Source of the DNA: Pristiophorus japonicus
Lineage: Eukaryota
Direction of reading: 5' to 3'
DNA length: 64,000 bases
Assembly: GCF_044704955.1 (NCBI RefSeq)
Contig: NC_091989.1
Coordinates: forward strand, 104,718,001 to 104,782,000
The translations under genes and the position numbers were made by a program. Positions 37,101 to 46,146 of the stretch are shown here, piece after piece; positions within the stretch are counted from its first letter, which is position 1; each line of letters opens with the position of its first letter. A model generated the notes under the pieces. The model saw only the letters and a list, made by a program, of their open reading frames with translations, had not been told where the DNA came from and ran no database searches.

Positions 37101-38417
37101 CAAATCAAATGTGCTTAAAATATATTTAAACGGTCAAATAGACTTCCTGTGCATTTTATGAATACAGTTTTGACATCAAACTGGAGCTACTCCCCATTGT
37201 CAAGCCCGGTGAGTCTGCTCCCAGAGAGAATCTCACACCGCTTCTCTCCAGAGTCAGATCAAGACCGGACCCCAGATTTATACTGCAACCTTAGCGTCAA
37301 TGTGAAGCAGACTTCGCTTCTCAGTGACTCTAAAATCAGTGGATAAATGTACCATCAGGTTTACATGTCTTATACTTTAAAGCTTACAGTTAGAAACAGC
37401 CTGCAAGTTGTGACAGCACCACTAACCTTCAAAGCAGGCATCGGTGGGCAACATCCATTCACCTTAACTCTTGGTTTCCTGTCCAGCAACCAACTTTGTA
37501 TCCATACTGCTAGATTTCCAGGCACCACTACATTTCCTCTTCCTGAATTTTTCTAACAAGCCTTTTTGTGAGAAACCTTATCAAATGATTTCATAAAATC
37601 AATACATATATCTTAATACTATCCAGTCATCTCTGCAAAATAAAACCTTATTAAAATTTGCCAAACGTGCCTTTCCTTTAGCAAATCCATGCTGGCTGTC
37701 CTTGATTAACCTGTACATTTCCAAATGCTCACTAATTTTATCTTGAATTATAATGGATTCAAAAGCTTTGCTCTTTTATCCCAAAGACCTTCTTCACATA
37801 TAGGCAAAAAGTGCAGCCGAGTTTCCCACAAGCTCCCACGAACTGCAAATAGATGAATGGCCAGTTAATCTGTTTTCAGTGATGTTGGTTGAGAGATAAA
37901 TGTTAGTCAGGACACTGGGAGAACACCCCTGCTCTACTTCAAACAGTGTAATCAGATCTTTTACATCCACCTAAACAGGCAAATGGAGCTTCGGTTTAAT
38001 GTCTCATCTAAAAGACAGCACTCCGACAATGCAGCGCTTCCTCAATACTGCACTGAAGTGTCAGCCTCGATTATGTGCTCAAATCTTTGAATGGGGCTTG
38101 AATCCATGATTCTGACTGACACAAGAATGCTCCCACTGAGCCACGCTGACATGTGAATTGTTTCTCCGGCCTTGGGATCTGTCACTGTCTCGCCTCCTGC
38201 CTCTCTTCGCCATCGGAGAGTTGCAGCCCCTTCTCCCAGTCCCATGCCCTTGCTTCCCCTCACCATGCGAGTACTCGAGCCCCCGGCTCCAGGCCTCGCT
38301 CACTCGCTCCTTCGCTTCCAGCAGCAATGGGTTGAGTTCCGCGAGCTCCTGTCGCTTTAGCTGTCGCTTCCTTCCGACCCCACTCTCCTGATCGCTCCGC
38401 AGCCTCTTGGAGCTCAT
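13011..38417 (-). CDS. OGFOD1: OGFOD1, prolyl 3-hydroxylase (2OG/Fe(II) oxygenase), 13 coding exons, 550 aa (gene span)
   Basis: Spliced exon lengths 154,149,47,101,117,92,129,114,80,320,129,59,162 sum to 1653 nt as an open frame. All introns are GT-AG. Peptides match human OGFOD1 throughout ([41 protein letters not shown]). Confidence 0.97.
13260..14075. mobile_element. GC-rich non-autonomous DNA transposon, PIF/Harbinger-like
   Basis: Imperfect TIRs GGGGCCGAAATTGCCCC / GGGAGCAATCTGTACCCC; abrupt GC-rich block in OGFOD1 intron 12. Confidence 0.55.
15065..15465 (+). mobile_element. DeuSINE (SacSINE1/AmnSINE-like) with L2-type tail
   Basis: Deu-domain-like cagtgcagtattgagggagtgctgcactgtc..tttcagatgagacattaa and tail gcgctttgggacattctgaggtcatgaaaggc. 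Confidence 0.75.
15502..15560 (-). CDS. OGFOD1: OGFOD1 exon 12
   Basis: gtttcag|[20 protein letters not shown]|gtacgt, 59 nt. Confidence 0.94.
17345..17473 (-). CDS. OGFOD1: OGFOD1 exon 11
   Basis: ttcccag|[42 protein letters not shown]|gtaaat, 129 nt. Confidence 0.95.
18292..18462. mobile_element. Palindromic MITE, PIF/Harbinger-like
   Basis: TIRs GGGGGCAATTTTAACCTAA / TTAGGTTAAAGTTTCCCCC; TSD AAT on both sides. Confidence 0.7.
18907..19226 (-). CDS. OGFOD1: OGFOD1 exon 10 (includes acidic linker)
   Basis: tttatag|[56 protein letters not shown]...ESPR|gtaagt, 320 nt. Confidence 0.94.
20393..20472 (-). CDS. OGFOD1: OGFOD1 exon 9
   Basis: tgtgcag|[26 protein letters not shown](R)|gtaggt, 80 nt. 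Confidence 0.93.
20668..21440 (-). mobile_element. CR1 LINE 3' fragment
   Basis: RT C-terminal frames ([29 protein letters not shown]) and 3' tail. Confidence 0.9.
21955..22390 (+). mobile_element. DeuSINE copy
   Basis: tRNA-like head (ttggcccagtcgtagcactcttgcc), Deu domain and L2-type tail as at 15065. Confidence 0.75.
23344..23457 (-). CDS. OGFOD1: OGFOD1 exon 8
   Basis: gtttcag|[38 protein letters not shown]|gtgag, 114 nt. Confidence 0.95.
23552..23964. mobile_element. Tc1/mariner (Tigger/pogo-like) MITE
   Basis: TA TSDs (23550-23551, 23965-23966); TIRs CAGGTACAATGTCCCGAATCCG / CGGATTTCAGACATTATACCTG; subterminal ccgaaaaccgg repeats. Confidence 0.8.
24720..25100 (+). mobile_element. Old CR1 3' fragment
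   Basis: agattgagaggtgatctaattgag..ttttcacacgaagggtagt..tggaactctctccccca CR1 3' motifs. Confidence 0.7.
25140..25530 (-). mobile_element. LF-SINE-like ancient SINE
   Basis: Minus strand shows ccctttcacccctgagacttgggttccaacccag, tgaaatgag, tggcacaaattggtac, ggaagctttgctctg..tatacctg, collinear with the LF-SINE consensus as recalled from memory (not aligned). Confidence 0.5.
25604..25732 (-). CDS. OGFOD1: OGFOD1 exon 7 (2OG-binding Arg, RxS)
   Basis: tgtccag|[43 protein letters not shown]|gtaagt, 129 nt. Confidence 0.96.
26690..29865 (+). mobile_element. CR1 LINE ORF2 (APE endonuclease + RT), degenerate, with a short nested CR1 tail at ~28385-28527
   Basis: ORF 26795..27781 (ITETWL, VYRPP, DFN, LDLVL, SDH), frameshifted RT and (TATGTTCT)n tail. 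Confidence 0.93.
30086..30177 (-). CDS. OGFOD1: OGFOD1 exon 6 (distal His)
   Basis: tttacag|[31 protein letters not shown]|gtaaag, 92 nt. Confidence 0.96.
31054..31170 (-). CDS. OGFOD1: OGFOD1 exon 5 (HxD iron-binding motif)
   Basis: gttgcag|[39 protein letters not shown]|gtgag, 117 nt. Confidence 0.97.
31725..31897. mobile_element. hAT MITE inserted in a DeuSINE head
   Basis: TIRs CAATGTTCC..TAAGC / GCTTAC..AACATTG; exact 8-bp TSD CTTGGCAG (31717-31724, 31898-31905). Confidence 0.82.
32643..33300 (-). mobile_element. L2-clade LINE 3' fragment
   Basis: ORF 32747..33001 ([26 protein letters not shown]); L2 tail aacaacttgtattcatatagc. Confidence 0.85.
33696..33796 (-). CDS. OGFOD1: OGFOD1 exon 4
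   Basis: tctccag|[33 protein letters not shown]|gtatac, 101 nt. Confidence 0.95.
34380..34900 (-). mobile_element. Possible highly decayed piggyBac-like transposase fossil
   Basis: Frames give [26 protein letters not shown] and [11 protein letters not shown], in the order of piggyBac P..YF..FFTD.L / YW / I...M.R.RF / HFND motifs. Confidence 0.35.
35430..35476 (-). CDS. OGFOD1: OGFOD1 exon 3
   Basis: ctgacag|[15 protein letters not shown](R)|gtgag, 47 nt. Confidence 0.93.
35914..36171. repeat. 43-bp minisatellite, 6 units in A-A-B-A-A-B order
   Basis: Units start at 35914, 35957, 36000, 36043, 36086, 36129; A = aagaatcacc.., B = aaggatcatctcatg.. Confidence 0.9.
36590..36738 (-). CDS. OGFOD1: OGFOD1 exon 2
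   Basis: tttgcag|...[42 protein letters not shown]|gtgag. Confidence 0.95.
37800..38150 (-). mobile_element. DeuSINE copy in OGFOD1 intron 1
   Basis: Reverse complement of the Deu domain (tttaatgtctcatctaaaagacagcactccgacaatgcagcgcttcctcaatactgcactg) plus tRNA-like head. Confidence 0.75.
38264..38417 (-). CDS. OGFOD1: OGFOD1 exon 1
   Basis: ATG 38417: [28 protein letters not shown]...[13 protein letters not shown](G)|gtgag; basic NLS-like N-terminus; GC-rich context. Confidence 0.9.
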
Positions 38418-38479
38418 GGCTATCCAGGAGCGGATGTCCCAACGCTGCGAGTGACCTCCACACACCGCCTGACGGGAGG

Positions 38480-38498
38480 ACTACATTTCCCGGCAGCA
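38480..38498 (+). promoter_or_regulatory. OGFOD1 promoter ACTACAnnTCCC motif (ZNF143/THAP11-type SBS) in a CpG-rich region
   Basis: ACTACATTTCCCGGCAGCA ~63 bp upstream of the ATG; CpG-rich ~38150-38600. Confidence 0.7.
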
Positions 38499-38954
38499 TT
38501 TAGCGCGCCTCAGGGAACGGCGTCTCCCACAACAGCGCCGCCGAAAGGTGGAGCACGAGTTGCAGCCTCTTGGGCAGCGCCTCCAGTGGTGGAGTGCACG
38601 AACATTGGCAACTGCAACACTGCTCATCAGAAACTTGAGTGACTTCCAGTTGCAGCAAACGTGACTGCTGTCATCTAAGAACAAGGAGCAAGAGTCACTT
38701 TTAGCAATATTTGTCATTCCTTAAGATCAGCATCACAAGAGTTGCCATGGCTGACATTCTAGAAACAAAAGAACATCATCAATCCTCGTCAATCCAAAAA
38801 CCCCTCATAAACCATCCAACAACAATTTGCATTTATATAGCGCTTCTAAAGTAGTAAAGCTTCCCAAGATGCTTCACAAAGAGCGTTATCAAACGAATTT
38901 GAAACCCAGCCACATAAGGAGACACTTGTACAGATGGAGGTAGGTTTTAAGGAG

Positions 38955-40281
38955 GGTCATGATAGGTTCCAAGTCAGCATGGATTTGTGAAAGGGAAATC
39001 ATGCTTGACAAACCTTCTGGAATTTTTTGAGGATGTTTCCAGTAAAGTGGACAAGGGAGAACCAGTTGATGTGGTGTAGTTGGACTTTCAGAAGGCTTTC
39101 GACAAGGTCCCACACAAGAGATTAATGTGCAAAGTTAAAGCACATGGAATTGGGGGTAGTGTGCTGACGTGGATTGAGAACTGGTTGTCAGACAGGAAGC
39201 AAAGAGTAGGAGTAAATGGGTACTTTTCAGAATGGCAGGCAGTGACTAGTGGGGTACCGCAAGGTTCTGTGCTGGGGCCCCAGCTGTTTACATTGTACAT
39301 TAATGATTTAGACGAGGGGATTAAATGTAGTATCTCCAAATTTGCGGATGACACTAAGTTGGGTGGCAGTGTGAGCTGCGAGGAGGATGCTATGAGGCTG
39401 CAGAGTGACTCAGATAAGTTAGGTGAGTGGGCAAATGCATGGCAGATGAAGTATAATGTGGATAAATGTGAGGTTATCCACTTTGGTGGTAAAAACAGAG
39501 AGACAGACTATTATCTGAATGGTGACAGATTAGGAAAAGGGGAGGTGCAACGAGACCTGGGTGTCATGGTACATCAGTCATTGAAGGTTGGCATGCAGGT
39601 ACAGCAGGCGGTTAAGAAAGCAAATGGCATGTTGGCCTTCATAGCGAGGGGATTTGAGTACAGGGGCAGGGAGGTGTTGCTACAGTTGTACAGGGCCTTG
39701 GTGAGGCCACACCTGGAGTATTGTGTACAGTTTTGGTCTCCTAACCTGAGGAAGGACATTCTTGCTATTGAGGGAGTGCAGCGAAGATTCACCAGACTGA
39801 TTCCCGGGATGGTGGGACTGACCTATCAAGAAAGACTGGATCAACTGGGCTTGTATTCACTGGAGTTCAGAAGAATGAGAGGGGACCTCATAGAAACGTT
39901 TAAAATTCTGACGGGTTTAGACAGGTTCGATGCAAGAAGAATGTTCCCAATGTTGGGGAAGTCCAGAACCAGGGGCCACAGTCTAAGGATAAGGGGTAAG
40001 CCATTTAGGACCGAGATGAGGAGAAACTTCTTCACCCAGAGAGTGGTGAACCTGTGGAATTCTCTACCACAGAAAGTAGTTGAGGCCAATTCACTAAATA
40101 TATTCAAAAGGGAGTTAGATGAAGTCCTTACTACTCGGGGGATCAAGGGGTATGGCGAGAAAGCAGGAAGGGGGTACTGAAGTTGCATGTTCAGCCATGA
40201 ACTCATTGAATGGCGGTGCAGGCTAGAAGGGCTGAATGGCCTACTCCTGCACCTATTTTCTATGTTTCTATGTTTCTATGT
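38955..40281 (+). mobile_element. Young 5'-truncated CR1 (open RT C-terminal half, 366 aa)
   Basis: ORF 39080..40180; (TATGTTTC)n tail; same subfamily as the CR1 at 46147-50738. Confidence 0.93.
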
Positions 40282-40816
40282 CTTAAAGGAGGAAAAAGAG
40301 GTAGAGAGGCGGAGAGGTTTACGAAGGGAATTTGAAAGCTTAGAGCATAGGCAACTGAAGGCACGGCCATCAATGGTGGAGCGATTAAAATTGAGGATGT
40401 GCAAAAAACCAGAATTGGAAGAGCGCAGAGGTCTCGAAGGTTTGTAGGGCTGGAGAAGGTTACAGTACAAAGCTAGGAAAGGGCAAGGCCATGGAAGGAT
40501 TTGAAAACAAGGACAAGAATTTTAAAGTTGAGGTGTTGCAGGACTGGGAGCCAATGTAGGTAAATGAGCACATTGGGGATGGGTGAATGGGAATTGATTC
40601 GAGTTAGCATATGGGCGGCAGAGTTTTGGATGAGCTCAAATTTATATAGGGTGGAAGATGGAAGGCTGGTCAGGAGAGCATTGGAATAGTCAAGTCTAGA
40701 GGAAATAAAGACATGGATGAGGGTTTCAGCAGCTGATGAGCTGAGGTGAGCAGAGTCAGGCTATGTTATGGAGGTGGAAGTTGGCAGTCTTGTTGATGAA
40801 GTGGATATGTGGTAGG

Positions 40817-41028
40817 TATTAAGTTCAGAATAACTCCACGAGACTGTGTTATAAGCTCAAACTATTGTGATCTTGGTCTCTTTAATATAACTCCAAAGTG
40901 AGGCAGCAGCATGGTGGACTGCCTTTTATACCTGCTTGCTCCAGGGTACACAGGTGACCCATAGGTCTCCCACAGCTGTGCCCCCTAGTGGCAAGTCTTA
41001 CACAAAGGTTAGGTTCACATACATAACA
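40817..41028 (-). mobile_element. Solo Gypsy-type LTR
   Basis: Ends in catacataaca (TGTTATGTATG on minus); near-TSD GTAGG/GTCGG; splits L2 sequence. Confidence 0.65.
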
Positions 41029-42447
41029 GTCGGAAGCTCAGCTCAGTGTCAAATATGACACCAAATTTATGAATGGTCTAGGTCAGCCACAGACAGTTGT
41101 CAGGGAAAGGGTGGAGACAGTGGCTAGGGAGTGGAGTTTGTGGTGGTGACCGAAGACCTTGATCTTCCCAATATTTAGTTGGAAGAAATTTCTGCTTATC
41201 CAGTACTGGATGTCCTTGAAAATGCCAAAAGCAAAGGTTCATACATTAATACTTCTGGCCATGAAGCACTGCTCCAAATCGTGTCGTAACCTAGAACTCT
41301 ATTCATAGGAACACAGATAGGAAGAGAAGTAGGCCATTCAGCCCCCTGAGCTTGTTCCACCATTCAATGAGCTGATCAATATCCTAACTCCATCCACCTG
41401 CCTTGGGTCCATATCCCCTAACAGCCTTGAATAGCAAAAATGTATCAATCCCAGATTTAAAATTATTAATTGAGCTAGCATCTACTGCTTTTTGTGGGAG
41501 AGAGTTCCAAACTTCTACCACCTTTTGCATGAAGAAGTGTTTCCTAACTACTCACCTGAATGGCTGAGCTGTGATTTAAAAGTTATGTCCCCTTGTCCTA
41601 GATGCACCCAACAGAGGAAAACGTTATTCTACCCTATCAATTCCTTTCAAAATCCTAAAAACCTCAATCAAATTACCCCTTAATCTTTTATATTCCAGGA
41701 AATATGTGCCTAGTTTATGTAAGCTCACCTCATAATTTAACCCTTGGAGCTCTGGTAACATTCAGGTGAATCTGTGGTGCACTCCTTCCAAGCCCAATAT
41801 ATGGGGCCCGCATTTGGTGAAACCTAGGTTCCACCCAAGTACCGTCGAAAGGACTGCTAAGATCCTGACGGTACTTTGAGTGGAAGTTTGATGAAAAACC
41901 GGGGGGAAAATTGGGCCTTACACGCCGATTCTGGGTGGCAAATGTGATCCTCGGCAAAGAAACGCTGAGGAAAGCGTCAGGCCCAGAGAGGGGGGAGAGG
42001 CAAAAATAAAAAAAATTCAAAGCAATAAAAGAAATACCAGAAATCCTTCAGAGGACCCCATCGACCAAAATCCCTGCAAAAGAAATAAAGAAAACAAGTG
42101 CACTAACATTTTCTTGCAGATCTTCATACTTACCATTCAGGTAAGACCAGCCTCCATGCGGCAGTCTCTTCTACTGCTGGAGCGGAGGACCGCCCAGACC
42201 AATCTGGGGAGGGAACGGGCGGGAGGACTTCTGTTGGCATTGCACGCTAGCGGATGCCAGCGGTTGCTCCCCAGCAGTCTTCTCTCCCCACCGGCTTGAG
42301 AGCTTGACCAAACTCGCTCAGAGGGGAGAGCGCCCAGAAAACATTGAGACCGCTGAGAAAACACGGGCCCTCGTTTTCTAAGTTGCAGTGCCCAGAACTG
42401 TACAGTTCTACAGATGTTGTCTAACCAGGGCTTTGTATAAGTGTAGC

Positions 42448-43013
42448 TGCTCGTGGAGGCCCTGACCTGCGAAAGACCATCAGCGGCAGGTCAGGACCAT
42501 AAAAGGAGCGTACGTGCGGCCCTGGGAGCAGCGTGGAGGCATACCCCTTCAGGGAGCAGTGCGTGCAGGAGGGCGATGGCAGCGAAGTGTGACATCATCA
42601 AGATCCAGATCGGTGCTTGGAGCGTGGGCAGGTACCGCAGGATTGGCGAGATCGGAGTGAAGGAGCGGCGAGAGACAGTAGAGGGACGTGATCGGGGCCC
42701 AGGGGAGGCATGAGTTCTGGGCCAGGGGCCCAGGGGCAGCACGGGCCAGCCCACACTGCGATATGAGTGCGCACTAGGTCTGTGTAGCAGAGCTTGTCTC
42801 CAGACATCTTACGAAATCCTTGCCACTGGACCAAGACCTAGCTCTGTCAAGCCCATGTGGTGGCTGGTGTGCAACGCCCACCACATGTTAAAAAAAATTC
42901 ACGCACATGCATCTTCCACCCTTCAGGATGTAGTTCGGGTCCTTCATTGAAACACCCGTGAACTCATCCATTTTTGGTATGGAAGCAAGTCATGCTCGTT
43001 TCGAGGGATGATG
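42448..43013 (+). mobile_element. Non-autonomous retroposon with RTE-type 3' tail, inserted in a CR1
   Basis: 11-bp TSD ATAAGTGTAGC (42437-42447, 43014-43024); tail ggaagcaagtcatgctcgtttcgagggatgatg matches the RTE 3' ends at ~4110-4145 and ~56915-56950. Confidence 0.75.
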
Positions 43014-43614
43014 ATAAGTGTAGCAAACCTTCGCCCCCTACCCCCTTTTAATTCTAGCCCTTTAGTTATAAAAGCTAACATTCCATTAACCTTTCTGATT
43101 ATTTTTTGTACCTGACTACTGCATTTTAGTGATCTGTGTACATAGACCCCTAAATCTCTTTGGCTAGCCACTGTTTCTAACTTTTCACTGTTTAAAAAAA
43201 TCTTGGAATTAACCTTTTTTAGTCCAAACTGGATGACCTCACACTTACCTGTGTTGAACTTCATCTGCCACAGTTTTGCCCACTCACTTAATCTATCGAT
43301 GTCTCTTTGTGATTTTATACTCCCATCCACACTACTTACAATGCCACTGTTTGCGGCAAACATTCCTTTAATGCAAAAGCTCAAATACAGAGTTTAGTCA
43401 CTTATTATGCTGGGTTAACAGATGCATTGAATTGCATCCCAATACAATTACATGCATGTCCCAACAACCAAAAGATTCAAATTTATTAAATATATTTTCC
43501 TTGTTACAGTTGGCTTTAACTACAGCTTGTTCTTAAAACTATTGCGTGCTATTATATGCATTTTTAGCCTCTGAGAAAATAATCCTTTAAGAGTCAAAGC
43601 ACAAAACTAGACAT

Positions 43615-44387
43615 AGGGCTGGAAATTCACCATATTACTACCCACTACCGTCCACCTACCACCCAGAAATGCGAATTTGATCAAAAAAAATCAATTACTG
43701 CCCGCTTACTGCCCACATTCCCACCGGCGGTAAATTCATCAGATATTTACCACCGGCAGTAATCCATACTGCCCACCCATCGGACAAGGCCCCAAAAATG
43801 CAAATTTGATCACTAAGATCCATTTACTGCCTGCCCTAAATACCGTCCTGAAAAGTAAGGCCTTACCTGATCTTAGCCGATCTTAAGCGGACGGTACTTA
43901 CCCTTCTCATGAAAAAGTTCCTTAGATCTACTTAGAATTACACACTCTCAACCCTTCCAACACAGTTCAATTGAGACCAAGCTCCTTGTGGTCCCGATCT
44001 CCACACTCACTCACCAGTCCCCAGCCCACTGCCCCCAGACTCTTGTGGTCCTGAGCTCCACAACTCACTCACCAAATCACAGCCCACTCACCAAACTCCT
44101 TGTGGTCCTGAACTCCACACTCACTCACCAATCCCCAGCCCATTCCCCCTGTAATAACTTCAATAACCTTAATAAAAAATCGCGCATGCGCATTAAAAAA
44201 TCTTTGCCGAGTCTAATGGCCTGCACCGCCCGCCAACACCCACTACATGTTGCTCCCGCTGCCGCCCGCTACATTTCTATCAAAGTTTCGCTGGAGGATT
44301 GCAGCAGCAGCAGGTGGTGAAAAACCATGGACCGCCCGAATACCACCAAGAAACAGGCGCCAGTGGGACATTAACAATTTCGGCCCC
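43615..44387. mobile_element. Harbinger-like non-autonomous element
   Basis: Ends GGGCTGGAAATT / AATTTCGGCCCC; internal tactgccc repeats and a 62-bp duplication (~43984-44140). Confidence 0.5.
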
Positions 44388-46146
44388 ATGGACTACTATA
44401 GTAAATAAATATGAATAATATTTTTAATTGCATTGTACCTGTAAACTACGTGTGAAGCCAGAACAGCTTTTTATTTTTTGTGTTCTATATAAATGACTTC
44501 GACTTGGGTGTAGGAAGTACAAATTTGAAGTTTGTGGATGATACTAAACTTGGCAACATAGTAAATAGTGAGCAGAATAGTAGCAGACTTCAGGAGCACA
44601 TAGGCAGACTCTGAAATGGGCATACACATGGCAGATGCAATTTAATGCAGATAAGTGTGAAGCGGTCACTTTGGGAGCAACAACATGGAGAGGCAATATA
44701 ATCAAAATGTTACTTTTTTGAGGGTGGTCACCACATTACAGGAAAGATATGATTGCACTAGAGCAGAATGATCTGGTAGTGTTTATTGTAAGAAATCATG
44801 AATTGGAAGAAATTGTGAATTGTAAAAGACATCATAGTTTTGAAAAAGGTCATGGGTTTGCCTAGCTCAGCAGCCATGATAAGTTGATGACATAGAAGGA
44901 TTCCAGTCATGTCAGGTAAAGATTTTCACAGAGAGCTCTCATTTATAAGGGCATAACACAGAAGCATGCCTTCATAAGAGGTTGAGCAAGGATCCTGCGA
45001 TAAGCTAGCTGTCCAAGACAAGGTTAATATGTCCTTTCTATACAGTACAAATGCACACGAGGCCCATACTAGAGAGAAGGTCACTCTGGGACCAGTAACC
45101 TTTATTAGCCAGCAATGAAGTGGAGAAGATGGGTAAAGCTTCCCCTTTTATACCTGAAAGTCCAGGTTAGGAGTGTCTCCCACAAGTTCACCACTTAGTG
45201 GTCAGTGTTCTCACGGTGTACAACTTAGGTCAGTTTATACATGGATTACAATGACAGTTGAATACATGACATCACCTCCCCCGCCAAAGTCTTATTGGGA
45301 TCACAGGTTAAGTCTCTCTGGTGGTTTACGCTCCCTTGTAGAGCGCCTGAGTTGGGGCTCCAGTTGTTGGGCGCTGGCCTGAGTGTCTGCTGTTTGCGGT
45401 GCCTCAGGTCTGTCCGGATTGCCCACAGTGACTGGGCTCTCCTCCACTTGGTTCTGGTGTTCGGTCACCTGTGTTGGAGTGAACTCTACATCGTGTTCTT
45501 CCTCTGCTTCTTCTATGGGGTTGCTGAACTTCCTTTTTGTTTGATCCACGTGTTTGCGGCAGATTTGTCCATTGGTAAGTTTAACTACCAGAATCCTATT
45601 TCCCTCTTTGGCAATCATAGTGCCTGCGAGCCATTTGGGCCCTGTAGCGTAGTTGAGGACAAAGACAGAGTCATTGACATCAATACATCACGCCCTCGCA
45701 TTCCCATCATGGTAGTCACATTGTGACCGGCGCCTGCTCTCAACAATTTCTTTCATGGTGGGGTGTATAAGGGATAACCTGGTTTTGAGCGTCCTTTTCA
45801 TTAGCAGCTCTGTGGGTGGAACCCCTGTGAGCGAATGTGGTCGGGATCTATTGGCCAACAGGAGGCGTGATAAGCGGCTTTGTAGGGAATCCCCTTGGAT
45901 TCTGAGCATTCCCTGTTTGATTACCTGCACTGCTCGTTCTGCCTGGTCGTTTGAGGCCGGCTTGAACGGTGCCGTTCTGACATGGTTGATACCATTTCCT
46001 GCCATGAAGTCCTGGAATTAAATGCTTGTAAAGTACGGGCCATTGTCGCTGACCAAGACGTCCGGTAAACCATGGGCGACGAACATTGCCCGTAGACTTT
46101 CTACCGTGGCAGAGGATGTGCTTGAATTGAGAATGTCACACTCGAT

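Larger units (their letters stand above)
38818..41175 (-). mobile_element. L2 LINE fragment interrupted by a CR1 and a solo LTR
   Basis: L2 tail at 38818; L2 sequence resumes after 40281 and again after 41028. Confidence 0.8.

Noticed and set aside
38418-38465. N-terminal extension of OGFOD1 (MCGGHSQRW...)
   Set aside because: The ORF-track start is a non-ATG codon; the ATG at 38417 gives an N-terminus that aligns with human OGFOD1.
38500-45000. NUDT21 as a divergent neighbour
   Set aside because: No NUDT21-like peptide found; the region resolves into L2, CR1, LTR and MITE pieces.
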